From Holosporales bacterium (GTDB lineage: Bacteria > Pseudomonadota > Alphaproteobacteria > BNTO01), in contig JAIRNW010000055.1 of NCBI GenBank assembly GCA_031257795.1, forward strand, positions 1-41,363: a stretch of 41,363 nucleotides of DNA. Reading direction: 5' to 3'. Below the pieces are notes generated by a model that was not told the DNA's origin, did no database searches, and worked only from the letters and a program-made list of their open reading frames with translations. This document shows, piece by piece, positions 26,881-35,124 of the stretch; positions within the stretch are counted from its first letter, which is position 1, and each line of letters begins with the position of its first letter. The translations under genes and the position numbers were made by a program.

Positions 26881-26998
26881 TGCCCAGTCACAAAAAGTTC
26901 GAGAGTTCGTCACCGCGGTGCTCGAATGCTCACGTACATAAGTACGCTTGCGCTTCTGCGCTTCGGAGCTCCTGCTATCAACTCTTTTTGTGACGGTG
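26881..26998. repeat. family-B palindromic element
   Basis: cccagtcacaaaaag ... ctttttgtgacgg. The interior core ccgcggtgctcgaatgctcacgtacataagtacgcttgcgcttctg is almost the same as the family-A core. Confidence 0.9.
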
Positions 26999-27078
26999 AT
27001 ATTTCTCGACTAAATATACAACTGCATAACAAATTGTACAGAACCAATGCAAGGAAAACCTCATTATACACACCCAAC

Positions 27079-27459
27079 TTATTGGTGGTCCGTCAGCAAG
27101 GAAAGCAATTTTACGCACACATCCTGACGCACTGAATCGGATAGACCATCGATCAATATTGTCTTCCTGTCTGACGTGTGCCCGCGGATGATACTAACGT
27201 TTTGCTTCGCGATATTTAGTTCGCTTGCTATCAAAGACACAACCTTTGCATTCGCCTTCCCGGCCTCTGGAACGGTTGTAACATACAGCTTTAAGTACTT
27301 ACCAGCGTTTGAATTCGGAGAAGCATAAGGTTCGAAGCCGGCAACTTTGTTGTGCGCCGCTTTTGTGATCACTTTAATAAAAAACGAAACAGCTCCGTTC
27401 TTCACGCGAAATGGACTCCTCTCGTCCGCATTATCCATATTTCTGATCATCAAACGCAC
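27079..27459 (-). CDS. DUF167 (YggU-like) protein
   Basis: LKLYVTTVPEAGKANAKVVSLIASELNIAKQNVSIIRGHTSDRKTILI matches the YggU core (P..GKAN ... G..S..K). The start may be the internal Met at 27438. It overlaps the upstream MFS stop. Confidence 0.72.
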   Translation of the reverse strand: MRLMIRNMDNADERSPFRVKNGAVSFFIKVITKAAHNKVAGFEPYASPNSNAGKYLKLYVTTVPEAGKANAKVVSLIASELNIAKQNVSIIRGHTSDRKTILIDGLSDSVRQDVCVKLLSLLTDHQ

Positions 27460-28789
27460 GAGCCCGCGTGTTCCAGGCCAACAAGAAACACATAGCTCCC
27501 AGGCACGACGCTAACAGCATCGAGGAAAATACCAGATTCCACCCGTGCCCCCACTTAACCAAAAAAGCCGTTCCAATCCCCGCTGCAGCAGTTCCCAAGT
27601 AGCCGAATGTTCCAGTGAGGCCAGAGGCCGTGCCCGCCGCTTTTTTCGAGGCGAAATCGACTGCCGCAATCCCAACAATAACTTGTGTCCCTGCAATGAA
27701 AAACCCAAGCGACAGCATAGTAATTATGCTAAGCACCTGACTCCCCGCGGGAACGAAGCACAGCGCGGCCATTGAGATAATCAAGCCAATCGAGAAAATA
27801 AAGCCAACGCGAGCCCTGTGCCCACTAAAAAATTTATCTGATAGATGCCCAGCGTATAAAGATCCAACGATCCCAGTAATGTGGAAGATGGCCGCTTGTA
27901 TTCCAGCAGACAGTGTGGAAACCCCTTTGGCCTCACACAAAAACATCGGCGCCCAATTTAGGATGCTCATTTTGACAAAGTACGAAAAAAAATTGGCAGA
28001 GCTCATGGTCAAAACCATCTTGTTGCGTAAAACGAGATCCGCAAAAGTCTTGAGCCCATAAGAGCCATCCTCTTCGTCTGCGGCTTTCGCGTTAGTTTTT
28101 TTTCGCCTGTTGCCAGCGTGCTTCACTACAGGAGGCGCCCCATCGTATTCTTCAACACTTTTTAGGCCAACTGCTGTTGGATCGTTTCTTATTCCAGCAA
28201 AAACCAGCCAAGCTACAAACATCCCAACCGCCCCTGGAAGAAAGAACGCGTAGCGCCAGCCAAGAATCGGCAAAAAGGCGGCGATGCAGATTCCTATGAT
28301 GGCGCTTCCTATTTGTTGGGATGAGCTCCAGAGTGCCCAGTGTACACCAAACGTGCGGTGGCTAAACCAGTAAGCCAAAAGTTTGGCACACGATGGAGCT
28401 CCCATGGACTGGAAGCACGAATTCAGAGACCAAATGATCGTCATGGTCACAAGGGAAGACGTGCTCCCCATAAACATGTTTGCTATGGCAGAGCATAGAA
28501 GACCTAGAGAGAAGATGACGCGCGCGCTGTGCTTGTCTCCGACGAGTCCGCTTATGACTTTTCCAAAGCCGTAGATAACGCAAGATGTTGAAGTAAGCAT
28601 GCCGAGCTCTATCTTGGAATAGCCCAAAGACTCACTGATGCCAGGTAGCGCGAATGAGATATTGTGCCGAATGAAGTACAATGCCGCGTAGCCCAGCATA
28701 AGAAAGAACATTATGCGGAAACGCCAGTACGCGTACAGAGAGGCTTCTGTTAAATTTTTCTTCAACATTAAATTAAAGTTAAACAGCAT
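27431..28789 (-). CDS. MFS organophosphate:phosphate antiporter (GlpT/UhpC-like)
   Basis: YWRFRIMFFLMLGYAALYFIRHNISFALP...YGFGKVISGLVGDKHSARV parallels the E. coli GlpT N-terminus. 12 TM, about 453 aa from the ATG at 28789. The ORF-track extension to 28942 reads through a repeat. Confidence 0.9.
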   Translation of the reverse strand: MLFNFNLMLKKNLTEASLYAYWRFRIMFFLMLGYAALYFIRHNISFALPGISESLGYSKIELGMLTSTSCVIYGFGKVISGLVGDKHSARVIFSLGLLCSAIANMFMGSTSSLVTMTIIWSLNSCFQSMGAPSCAKLLAYWFSHRTFGVHWALWSSSQQIGSAIIGICIAAFLPILGWRYAFFLPGAVGMFVAWLVFAGIRNDPTAVGLKSVEEYDGAPPVVKHAGNRRKKTNAKAADEEDGSYGLKTFADLVLRNKMVLTMSSANFFSYFVKMSILNWAPMFLCEAKGVSTLSAGIQAAIFHITGIVGSLYAGHLSDKFFSGHRARVGFIFSIGLIISMAALCFVPAGSQVLSIITMLSLGFFIAGTQVIVGIAAVDFASKKAAGTASGLTGTFGYLGTAAAGIGTAFLVKWGHGWNLVFSSMLLASCLGAMCFLLAWNTRARAFDDQKYG

Positions 28790-28805
28790 TTCCCTTCTGT
28801 GTTGT

Positions 28806-28961
28806 CCCCAGCCCATGAAAGTTTGTAGGTTCGTCGAACGGCGCCCCAACAAAGTCTGCGACTTTGCCGGGAGCCCGAAGATACGGCAGGAGCAGCACGC
28901 CGGCGCAGCTCTTCGCCTGCGCGACATGTCTTCTGCCCTCAATCCTTTCTGGGACTGGGGA
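28806..28961. repeat. family-C element (B-type termini plus inserted C module)
   Basis: tccccagcccatgaaagtttg ... ctttctgggactgggga termini. Internal ccccaacaaagtctgcgactttgccggga module is shared with 36097, 7545 and 21300. Confidence 0.85.
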
Positions 28962-28964
28962 GGC

Positions 28965-29084
28965 CCTATTGCGAAAGCGATTTTTCAAGCATGAACCTCG
29001 AAACGCAGCCACAACATACTCATGGTACGCGTGCATTTGAGCATCGAAGCGACTGCCACGAATCTAAGAGGCTTTCGCAATAGA
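28965..29084. repeat. family-F element (different termini, shared core)
   Basis: Termini ccctattgcgaaagc ... gctttcgcaataga. Core cctcgaaacgcag...gtac...gagcatcgaagcgac is homologous to the B core. Confidence 0.75.
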
Positions 29085-29206
29085 TCTACCAAATAACCAC
29101 AAGAGGATACACGGCTAACTGCCTTAAAGCAAACAATAGAAATCAACGAACTTCGTTTGGAGTCCGGCGCTTCCGTGATAAGACGCTTTACCTTGGGAAT
29201 TCCGCC

Positions 29207-29497
29207 TCATGAGGCTTTTCCTGTTGTGGCTTTTATCTTCCTGAGCCTTTCACTATTACTCAGACCGCCCTTCCTTCCCATCTCCACGAATCCGTAGTGC
29301 GTGAGCTGGTCGGATCGCTTACGACCGCCTCGTCTCCCAAGCTCGACGTATCCAACATGCCCGAGCTGCTTCGCCCTAGCGAGCCCACCGGCCCTCGCTA
29401 TCGCGGCAACCTTTCCTTTTGGCATGGAAGCAAACCCGCGAAACTTAATGCGGCTTTCCTTTACAACACCAGTAGTACCATCGCTCATCGTCTTCAA
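29207..29497 (-). CDS. KGG-repeat general stress protein (YciG/GsiB-like)
   Basis: Repeated motif ARAGGLARAKQLGHVGYVELGRRGG / QLTHYGFVEMGRKGG. Confidence 0.6.
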   Translation of the reverse strand: MKTMSDGTTGVVKESRIKFRGFASMPKGKVAAIARAGGLARAKQLGHVGYVELGRRGGRKRSDQLTHYGFVEMGRKGGLSNSERLRKIKATTGKAS

Positions 29498-30076
29498 CTC
29501 ACTCCCAAGAAACAGCGCGAACCGAAGTTCGCACGCATTGCAACCGAGCGGCAGAGTAGCAAAAAGGAATTCCAGGAAGTAAGAGATAAAACCGGCAAAA
29601 AAACAACTATAGATTGCGTTTGTGGTTTTATTTTTTACCGCGGATTATGGTCAATTGTTTTGGGGCAATTAATGTTATTGCTGTTTTTTAATAAAAGAAG
29701 TTGTTGTTTGTATAGAACTTTTGATTTCTTCAAAAAACATTTTCCCACTAACATTCTTAAAAAGAGAAAAAGTTATTAAAAAACAATTTTAATGAGAACC
29801 CTTTAAGCCACAGGAAGGATGGCTGGAATAGCCATAGTCAGCGTCCAAAACGTTTTCCCCGGCGAAATGTACTCCGCACAAGCCTACTCGTTCAGGTGTA
29901 ACTACATCCTGTTCAGATGTAGCACCATTTGGCATTGAATGGTCTTCATCCGATGGCGGATCGCATAGTTGATGACGGACCGTAATGGAAAGATACGACT
30001 CACACATTTTTGCCGTTTTACTTATTTATATAATGTGATACACTGCAGTCATGAGAGTTTTATTTATGGATATTTT

Positions 30077-30811
30077 ATGAGTAACAAAGCATATATATCT
30101 TTGTTTTTAAGCGTCACTTCCCTCAGCGTTGTATTTGGTGAACTTTGGTGTGATTTATTTGGGAAAGACTCAGCGTCACGTGATGGGCAGCAGGCGGGAG
30201 CAAATGCAAACGGTAATTCAGAGACAGGATGTGACCGCGCTGTGCGCTTGCTTGACAGCCGACGAATTCGAGACCAAAGGCAGGGTTTGGAGCTTCTCAT
30301 GAGGCTGGCTAATCAAGTGGTTCCCGAAGCACAATTTCAGCTTGGTAAGCGTTTTTTTCAGCTTGGGTCTGATGCCGGGATAGCTTGTGGGAAGGAATGC
30401 CTAGAAAGAGCGGCAAGTCAAGGCTATCAACCAGCGAGAGTCCTACATGAACAGTATTTCCCAAAGAGTGGTGGAAACTACCCCCAACATCGCATGACCA
30501 CCAATCACGATCGGTTTGTCCCTCTGATGGACAGGGCTGCTCAAGGAGACCGTGATGCACAATTTCAGCTTGGAGAATATTTTATCAAAGATGGGGATGG
30601 AAGTTTGATTTTCAGTTTAGAATATCTGAGAAGAGCAGCCGATCAAGGTCATCCAAAAGCCCAGGAGCAATACGGGTGGCGGTTATTCTGTTTGAGCAAG
30701 GAGGAGCCAGAAGATCAGCAAGGAATAGAAGCTGCCAGACATTACTTAGAACTAGCCGCACAACAAGGGCGTAAGAAGGCACGAGAGCTTCTTACCGTGA
30801 TTGGGTATTGA
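30077..30811 (+). CDS. Sel1-like repeat (SLR) protein with signal peptide
   Basis: MSNKAYISLFLSVTSLSVVFG N-terminus. Repeats EAQFQLGKRFF..AASQGYQPA and DAQFQLGEYF..AADQGHPKAQEQYG..AAQQG. The stop is immediately followed by a family-A element. Confidence 0.8.
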   Translation: MSNKAYISLFLSVTSLSVVFGELWCDLFGKDSASRDGQQAGANANGNSETGCDRAVRLLDSRRIRDQRQGLELLMRLANQVVPEAQFQLGKRFFQLGSDAGIACGKECLERAASQGYQPARVLHEQYFPKSGGNYPQHRMTTNHDRFVPLMDRAAQGDRDAQFQLGEYFIKDGDGSLIFSLEYLRRAADQGHPKAQEQYGWRLFCLSKEEPEDQQGIEAARHYLELAAQQGRKKARELLTVIGY

Positions 30812-30960
30812 TTGGACCTCTTTCCAAACTCTTCAAAATCAGTTTTTGGGTACGTCTATCCGGTGCTCGAATGCTCACGTACATCTAAGTACGCTCCGCT
30901 TCTGTGCTCCGTGTCTCCTTCCCAAAATTCTGATTTTGAAGGTTTCGAAAGAGGTCCATT
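30812..30960 (+). repeat. family-A palindromic element, full copy
   Basis: ttggacctctttccaaactcttcaaaatcag ... ctgattttgaaggtttcgaaagaggtccatt. Confidence 0.92.
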
Positions 30961-31038
30961 ATACAAAATTTTGATGCCTTGTCGTAGGACAAGCGCAATG
31001 CTACACTGCAGCAGGTAGTGTTTTGTCAGAAGTGTTCA

Positions 31039-33027
31039 ATGATTAATGTTCGCGTCAAGGGAGCTGAGCCGCTCGTCATACAGTCAACCGCCTGCGTCAG
31101 CGGCGTCGAAGCTGTGAAAGCTCTCCTAGAGAAAAGCCAAAAGCTAGAAGCCCCGGCGGTTTTGTGTAATGTGAACGGCACGACATGCGATCTAACAACA
31201 CTGATCCCAGATAAAGCCGATGTAGAGATTCTCACGCTGCACTCGCCAGAAGCCCTAGAGGTGATCCGCCACAGCACGGCTCATGTCATGGCAAAGGCAG
31301 TGCAAGAGCTCTATCCCGGAACCAAAATCGCGATCGGCCCGGCAACGGATACGGGCTTTTTCTATGATTTCGCCACTCCACAGCCGTTCTCGCAAGATGA
31401 CCTGCTCAAGATAGGAATCCGCATGAAGGACATTGCCACCCGCGATTTGCCGTTTGAAAGGCTTGTGGTCTCGCGAAAGGAGGCTCTCGAGCTTTTCTCG
31501 AAACTTGGTGAAGAGTTCAAGGTCGACATAATAAACGGCCTGGACGCGGACGAGGTGTCGCTTTACAAATTGGGCGAGATGTACGATTTGTGCAGAGGGC
31601 CGCATCTGCCTTCCACAAAATACATATGTGGCCAGGGACATGTCCTGCCACTGAAGGAATTAGCAACAGGAGAATTGACGGACTCACAAACTTTTGATGA
31701 CGTGGAACGGGCTCAATTCGCATTAACACGTGTCTCCGCCGTCTACTGGAAAGGCGACGCCAGCAAGCCGTCCCTCCAAAGAATCACAGGCGTCTCCTTC
31801 GCCTCCAAACACGAGCTGGACGAGTACTTTTACAGGCTAGAAGAGGCCGAGCGGCGCGATCACCGGAAGCTCGGCGTTGAGCTGGACCTCTTCCACATGC
31901 AGGATATCGCGCCAGGTGCCGTTTTTTGGCACGCCAAAGGGTGGGCCCTCTACAGAACGATCAAAGGATTTATCCGCGATAAAATGCAGAAATTCGGCTA
32001 CGACGAAATGAACACCCCGATGATCGTCGACAAAACCCTATGGGAGAAGTCGGGTCACTGGGAGAAGTTCCGCGAGAATATGTTTGTTACAGAGGCAAAC
32101 GATGGCGAGCAGCTCGTGCTTAAACCAATGAATTGCCCGTGCCATGTGCAGATCTTTAACAAAAAGGTGGTTAGCTATAGGGACCTCCCTTGGAGAATCG
32201 CCGAGTTCGGTTCGTGCCATAGGTATGAGCCGTCCGGGGCTTTGCACGGCCTTTTGAGGGTGCGCGGCTTCGTACAAGATGACGCCCACATTTTTTGCCG
32301 CCCGGACCAGATTGTCGGCGAAACGAAACTTTTCTGCAAGTTGCTGAACGAAATCTATTCCGAACTTGGGTTTAACAGTTATTCTGTGAAGTTCTCTGAT
32401 AGGCCAGCCAAAAGAGCCGGGAACGATGCGATCTGGGACCTTGCTGAGCAAGCATTAAAAGAAGCTGCAGAAGCGGCAAATCTGAGTTATTCGTTGAATC
32501 CGGGAGAGGGGGCTTTTTATGGACCGAAACTTGAATTTGTTTTGAAGGATTGCCTTGGGCGAGAGTGGCAATGTGGGACGTTGCAGGTGGATTTTGTTCT
32601 TCCTGAAAGACTCGAGGCGCGCTACGTCACAGAGCAGGGGACGAAGGAGCATCCAGTTATGTTGCACAGGGCGGTGCTCGGTTCTATGGAAAGGTTCATA
32701 GGAATTTTAATTGAGCATTACGCGGGGAAGTTCCCGGTATGGCTGGCTCCTGTGCAGGCGGTTGTTGCGACGATCACAAACGACGCGGATGATTACGCGG
32801 AACGAGTGGTGGATATGCTTAAGGGGGGCGGAGTGCGCGTGGAGACGGATCTGCGTAGAGAGAAGATCTCTTACAAAGTGCGCGAGCATTTCAGCCAAAA
32901 AATCCCATACATTTTCGTGGTTGGGAAGCAAGAGGTCGAGAACAAGACGGTTTCCGTGCGCGAACTCGGTTCGGAAGATACGCAGACAAAGCGTGTTGAC
33001 GAGCTTCTCGGCCTTTTCAGGGCGTAA
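31039..33027 (+). CDS. thrS: threonine--tRNA ligase, with an apparent in-frame repeat-derived insertion
   Basis: MINVRV TGS-domain start at the ATG at 31039. Class II motifs follow (FGSCHRYEPSGALHGLLRVRGFVQDDAHIF, GEGAFYGPKLEF, MLHRAVLGSMERFIGIL). There are about 29 extra aa between CRGPHLPS and AVYWKGD relative to E. coli ThrRS, aligned from memory. Confidence 0.96.
   Translation: MINVRVKGAEPLVIQSTACVSGVEAVKALLEKSQKLEAPAVLCNVNGTTCDLTTLIPDKADVEILTLHSPEALEVIRHSTAHVMAKAVQELYPGTKIAIGPATDTGFFYDFATPQPFSQDDLLKIGIRMKDIATRDLPFERLVVSRKEALELFSKLGEEFKVDIINGLDADEVSLYKLGEMYDLCRGPHLPSTKYICGQGHVLPLKELATGELTDSQTFDDVERAQFALTRVSAVYWKGDASKPSLQRITGVSFASKHELDEYFYRLEEAERRDHRKLGVELDLFHMQDIAPGAVFWHAKGWALYRTIKGFIRDKMQKFGYDEMNTPMIVDKTLWEKSGHWEKFRENMFVTEANDGEQLVLKPMNCPCHVQIFNKKVVSYRDLPWRIAEFGSCHRYEPSGALHGLLRVRGFVQDDAHIFCRPDQIVGETKLFCKLLNEIYSELGFNSYSVKFSDRPAKRAGNDAIWDLAEQALKEAAEAANLSYSLNPGEGAFYGPKLEFVLKDCLGREWQCGTLQVDFVLPERLEARYVTEQGTKEHPVMLHRAVLGSMERFIGILIEHYAGKFPVWLAPVQAVVATITNDADDYAERVVDMLKGGGVRVETDLRREKISYKVREHFSQKIPYIFVVGKQEVENKTVSVRELGSEDTQTKRVDELLGLFRA
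31612..31713. repeat. degenerate family-B fragment inside thrS
   Basis: The reverse complement cacgtcatcaaaagtttgtgagtccgtca matches the B terminus cacagtcacaaaaagtttgcgagttcgtcg (36773) at about 24 of 29 positions. It also contains the palindrome ggacatgtcc. Confidence 0.6.
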
Positions 33028-33113
33028 AGACAAGTGTGGCGAGTTGGTTACCGAGTTACAAAAGTGGCGAGCAGAGGATCGACGAGCTATCAAACTTTTG
33101 GCGTACGAGTTGT

Positions 33114-33234
33114 ACGCAGCCACAAAAAGAGTTGAGTGCAGGAGATTCTTCCGCGCAGGCGAAGAGCTGCGTCGACGTACTGCTCGAGCCGAGCAGAGAA
33201 TCGACGAACCATCAGATTTTTTATGGCTGGGTAC
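33114..33234. repeat. family-B palindromic element (with additional fragment 33036..33112 upstream)
   Basis: cgcagccacaaaaagag ... ttttttatggctgggtac. It ends 1 nt before the ABC-F start codon. Confidence 0.88.
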
Positions 33235-33235
33235 C

Positions 33236-34807
33236 ATGATTATTGTAAAAAATCTCGCTAAGAGTTTAGGGGGCAAGGTCATTCTCGAAAATTTTTCGTA
33301 CCAATTCCCAAAAAAAACAAAAATCTCGTTGATTGGCGCGAACGGCGTGGGAAAGACCACTCTCCTGAACATGCTCTGCAAACTAGACGAACCGGATAGT
33401 GGCGAGCTAATAATCCCGCGAGAGTGCGTGGTTGGCTATCTCCCGCAGTCTCCAAACGAGTTCCCTAAAAAAACAATTCTGCAAGAGTGTATGTCTGGGG
33501 CCGTCGCCTTGTGCTCTCTTCAGGAAGCTCTAGACGCATCACTAGAAAACATGACGCAAAATTACTCAGAAAAAACATTTGACGCCTATGAGAAAGCGGA
33601 AAAAGCCTTCGCCGACAGCGGAGGCTACGCGCTCGAGTCCGATGCGAAGGGAATCTTGGTGGGCCTCGGGTTTGAGACAGCGCAATTTTCGGAGTCCCCA
33701 CACATTTTATCAGGCGGCTGGCGCATGCGGCTGGAGCTGGCGAAATTATTGATCAACAATCCTAATTTTCTGATTCTTGACGAGCCAACGAACCATCTCG
33801 ACCTCCCGAGCTTATTGTGGTTGGAGCAGTATCTCAGTGATTTTCAGGGAACGCTGCTTTTTGTTTCCCACGACCGCGACTTTCTCAATAATATTTCTGA
33901 GACCACGCTACATATGTCTAATGGTGTGATTCGGGTTTATAACGGAAACTTCGACTCTTTCCTGCAGCAAAAAGCCCAACGAACAGAGCAAATGCATAGA
34001 GAGAAGGTCTCTTTGCGAAAACAGCAGGACCACATGCAGGCTTTTGTTGATAGGTTCCGAGCGAAAGCCACAAAAGCCAAACAGGCACAAAGCCGACTGA
34101 AGATGATCGAGAGGCTCAAGGAGATTGAGGCGAAGTTGGATGTCTCGATGGAGACAAAGGAAAAGAGGGCCAATTTCAATATTATGGTGGAGAAGCCCAG
34201 CGCCAAAGTTGTTTTAACGCTGGATGGGGCGGCCATTGGGTACGGCGAAAATATAATCAATAGCGGCCTATCTTTGAAGATTTTACGTGAAGAAAAAGTC
34301 GCAATAATTGGGGCGAATGGAATTGGGAAGTCGACGTTATTGAAGAGCATCGTCAATGAAATTCCGTTTGTGGATGGGGAATGCGTTTTTGGAACGAACG
34401 TGAAGTACGGCTATTATTCTCAGGAGCAGCTGGACATCCTGGATGCTGGGAAAAACGTGATCGAGAACGTTTTGGCGCTCGCTCCAAACATCACAAGGCA
34501 ACAGGCTTATGCCGCCCTCGGGAGCCTCTTGATCAAGGAGGATGATTCGAAAAAGCTTGTAAAGGTGTTGTCTGGAGGGGAAAAAAGCAAAGTGGCACTG
34601 GCGGGCCTGCTCGCGCAAAGAAACAATTTCCTCATTTTGGACGAGCCGACGAACCACCTGGACATGTCGAGCGTGGAGGCCCTCGCCGGCGCGCTGAATC
34701 TTTACAACGGGACTGTTTTGGTTGTAAGTCATAACCGCGCTTTCATTAATGCCTTCGCCACGCGCATCTTTCAGATGGAAAAGCGGAGGGCGTGTGGAAA
34801 AGCATAG
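33236..34807 (+). CDS. ABC-F family ATPase (two ABC domains, no TMD)
   Basis: Starts at the ATG at 33236 (MIIVKNL). Walker A GANGVGKTTLL and GANGIGKSTLL. Signatures LSGGWRMR and LSGGEKSK. The ORF-track start at 32711 overlaps thrS and repeats and is rejected. Confidence 0.93.
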   Translation: MIIVKNLAKSLGGKVILENFSYQFPKKTKISLIGANGVGKTTLLNMLCKLDEPDSGELIIPRECVVGYLPQSPNEFPKKTILQECMSGAVALCSLQEALDASLENMTQNYSEKTFDAYEKAEKAFADSGGYALESDAKGILVGLGFETAQFSESPHILSGGWRMRLELAKLLINNPNFLILDEPTNHLDLPSLLWLEQYLSDFQGTLLFVSHDRDFLNNISETTLHMSNGVIRVYNGNFDSFLQQKAQRTEQMHREKVSLRKQQDHMQAFVDRFRAKATKAKQAQSRLKMIERLKEIEAKLDVSMETKEKRANFNIMVEKPSAKVVLTLDGAAIGYGENIINSGLSLKILREEKVAIIGANGIGKSTLLKSIVNEIPFVDGECVFGTNVKYGYYSQEQLDILDAGKNVIENVLALAPNITRQQAYAALGSLLIKEDDSKKLVKVLSGGEKSKVALAGLLAQRNNFLILDEPTNHLDMSSVEALAGALNLYNGTVLVVSHNRAFINAFATRIFQMEKRRACGKA

Positions 34808-34818
34808 GCTTTAGGTTC

Positions 34819-34968
34819 ATTGGACCTCTTTCGAAACCTTCAAAATCAGAATTTTGGGAAGGAGACACGGAGCACAGAAGCGGAGCGCACTTAGATGTAC
34901 GTGAGCATTCTAGCACCGAATCGACGTACCCAAAAACTGATTTTGAAGAGTTTGGAAAGAGGTCCAAT
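34819..34968 (-). repeat. family-A palindromic element, inverted orientation
   Basis: Reverse complement of the 30812 copy. Its translation on the minus strand gives the same peptide, MDLFPNSSKSVFGYV... Confidence 0.92.
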
Positions 34969-34989
34969 GTCGGACTCTAGGTAAAGTCA

Positions 34990-35040
34990 CATGTTGTGGC
35001 GCCGCGGCGACGAACTCTCGAACTTTTTGCGACCGGGGAC
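34990..35040. repeat. solo family-B terminus
   Basis: gcgacgaactctcgaactttttgcgaccgggga. Confidence 0.6.
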
Positions 35041-35124
35041 ACCAAAAAATCTTTTGCGTTAATATATTTTTAATACTAATTTAGTAGAATTCTTTCTTGT
35101 ATAGAGTTTTTCTTTATTTGTATT

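Noticed and set aside
29789-30007. 72-codon minus-strand ORF (MCESYLSITVRHQLCDPPSDEDH...) as a real small protein gene
   Set aside because: It is not listed as a feature. It has no SD, no recognisable family and an ambiguous coding signal. It is kept only as a note within the accessory-island finding.
30812-31018. ORFs encoding MDLFPNSSKSVFGYV...QNSDFEGFERGP (also 34746-34967 minus strand and 468-731)
   Set aside because: These are translations of family-A repeat copies. The same peptide appears wherever the element occurs, in either orientation. There is no evidence that they are genes, although they show how such elements can be read through in frame.
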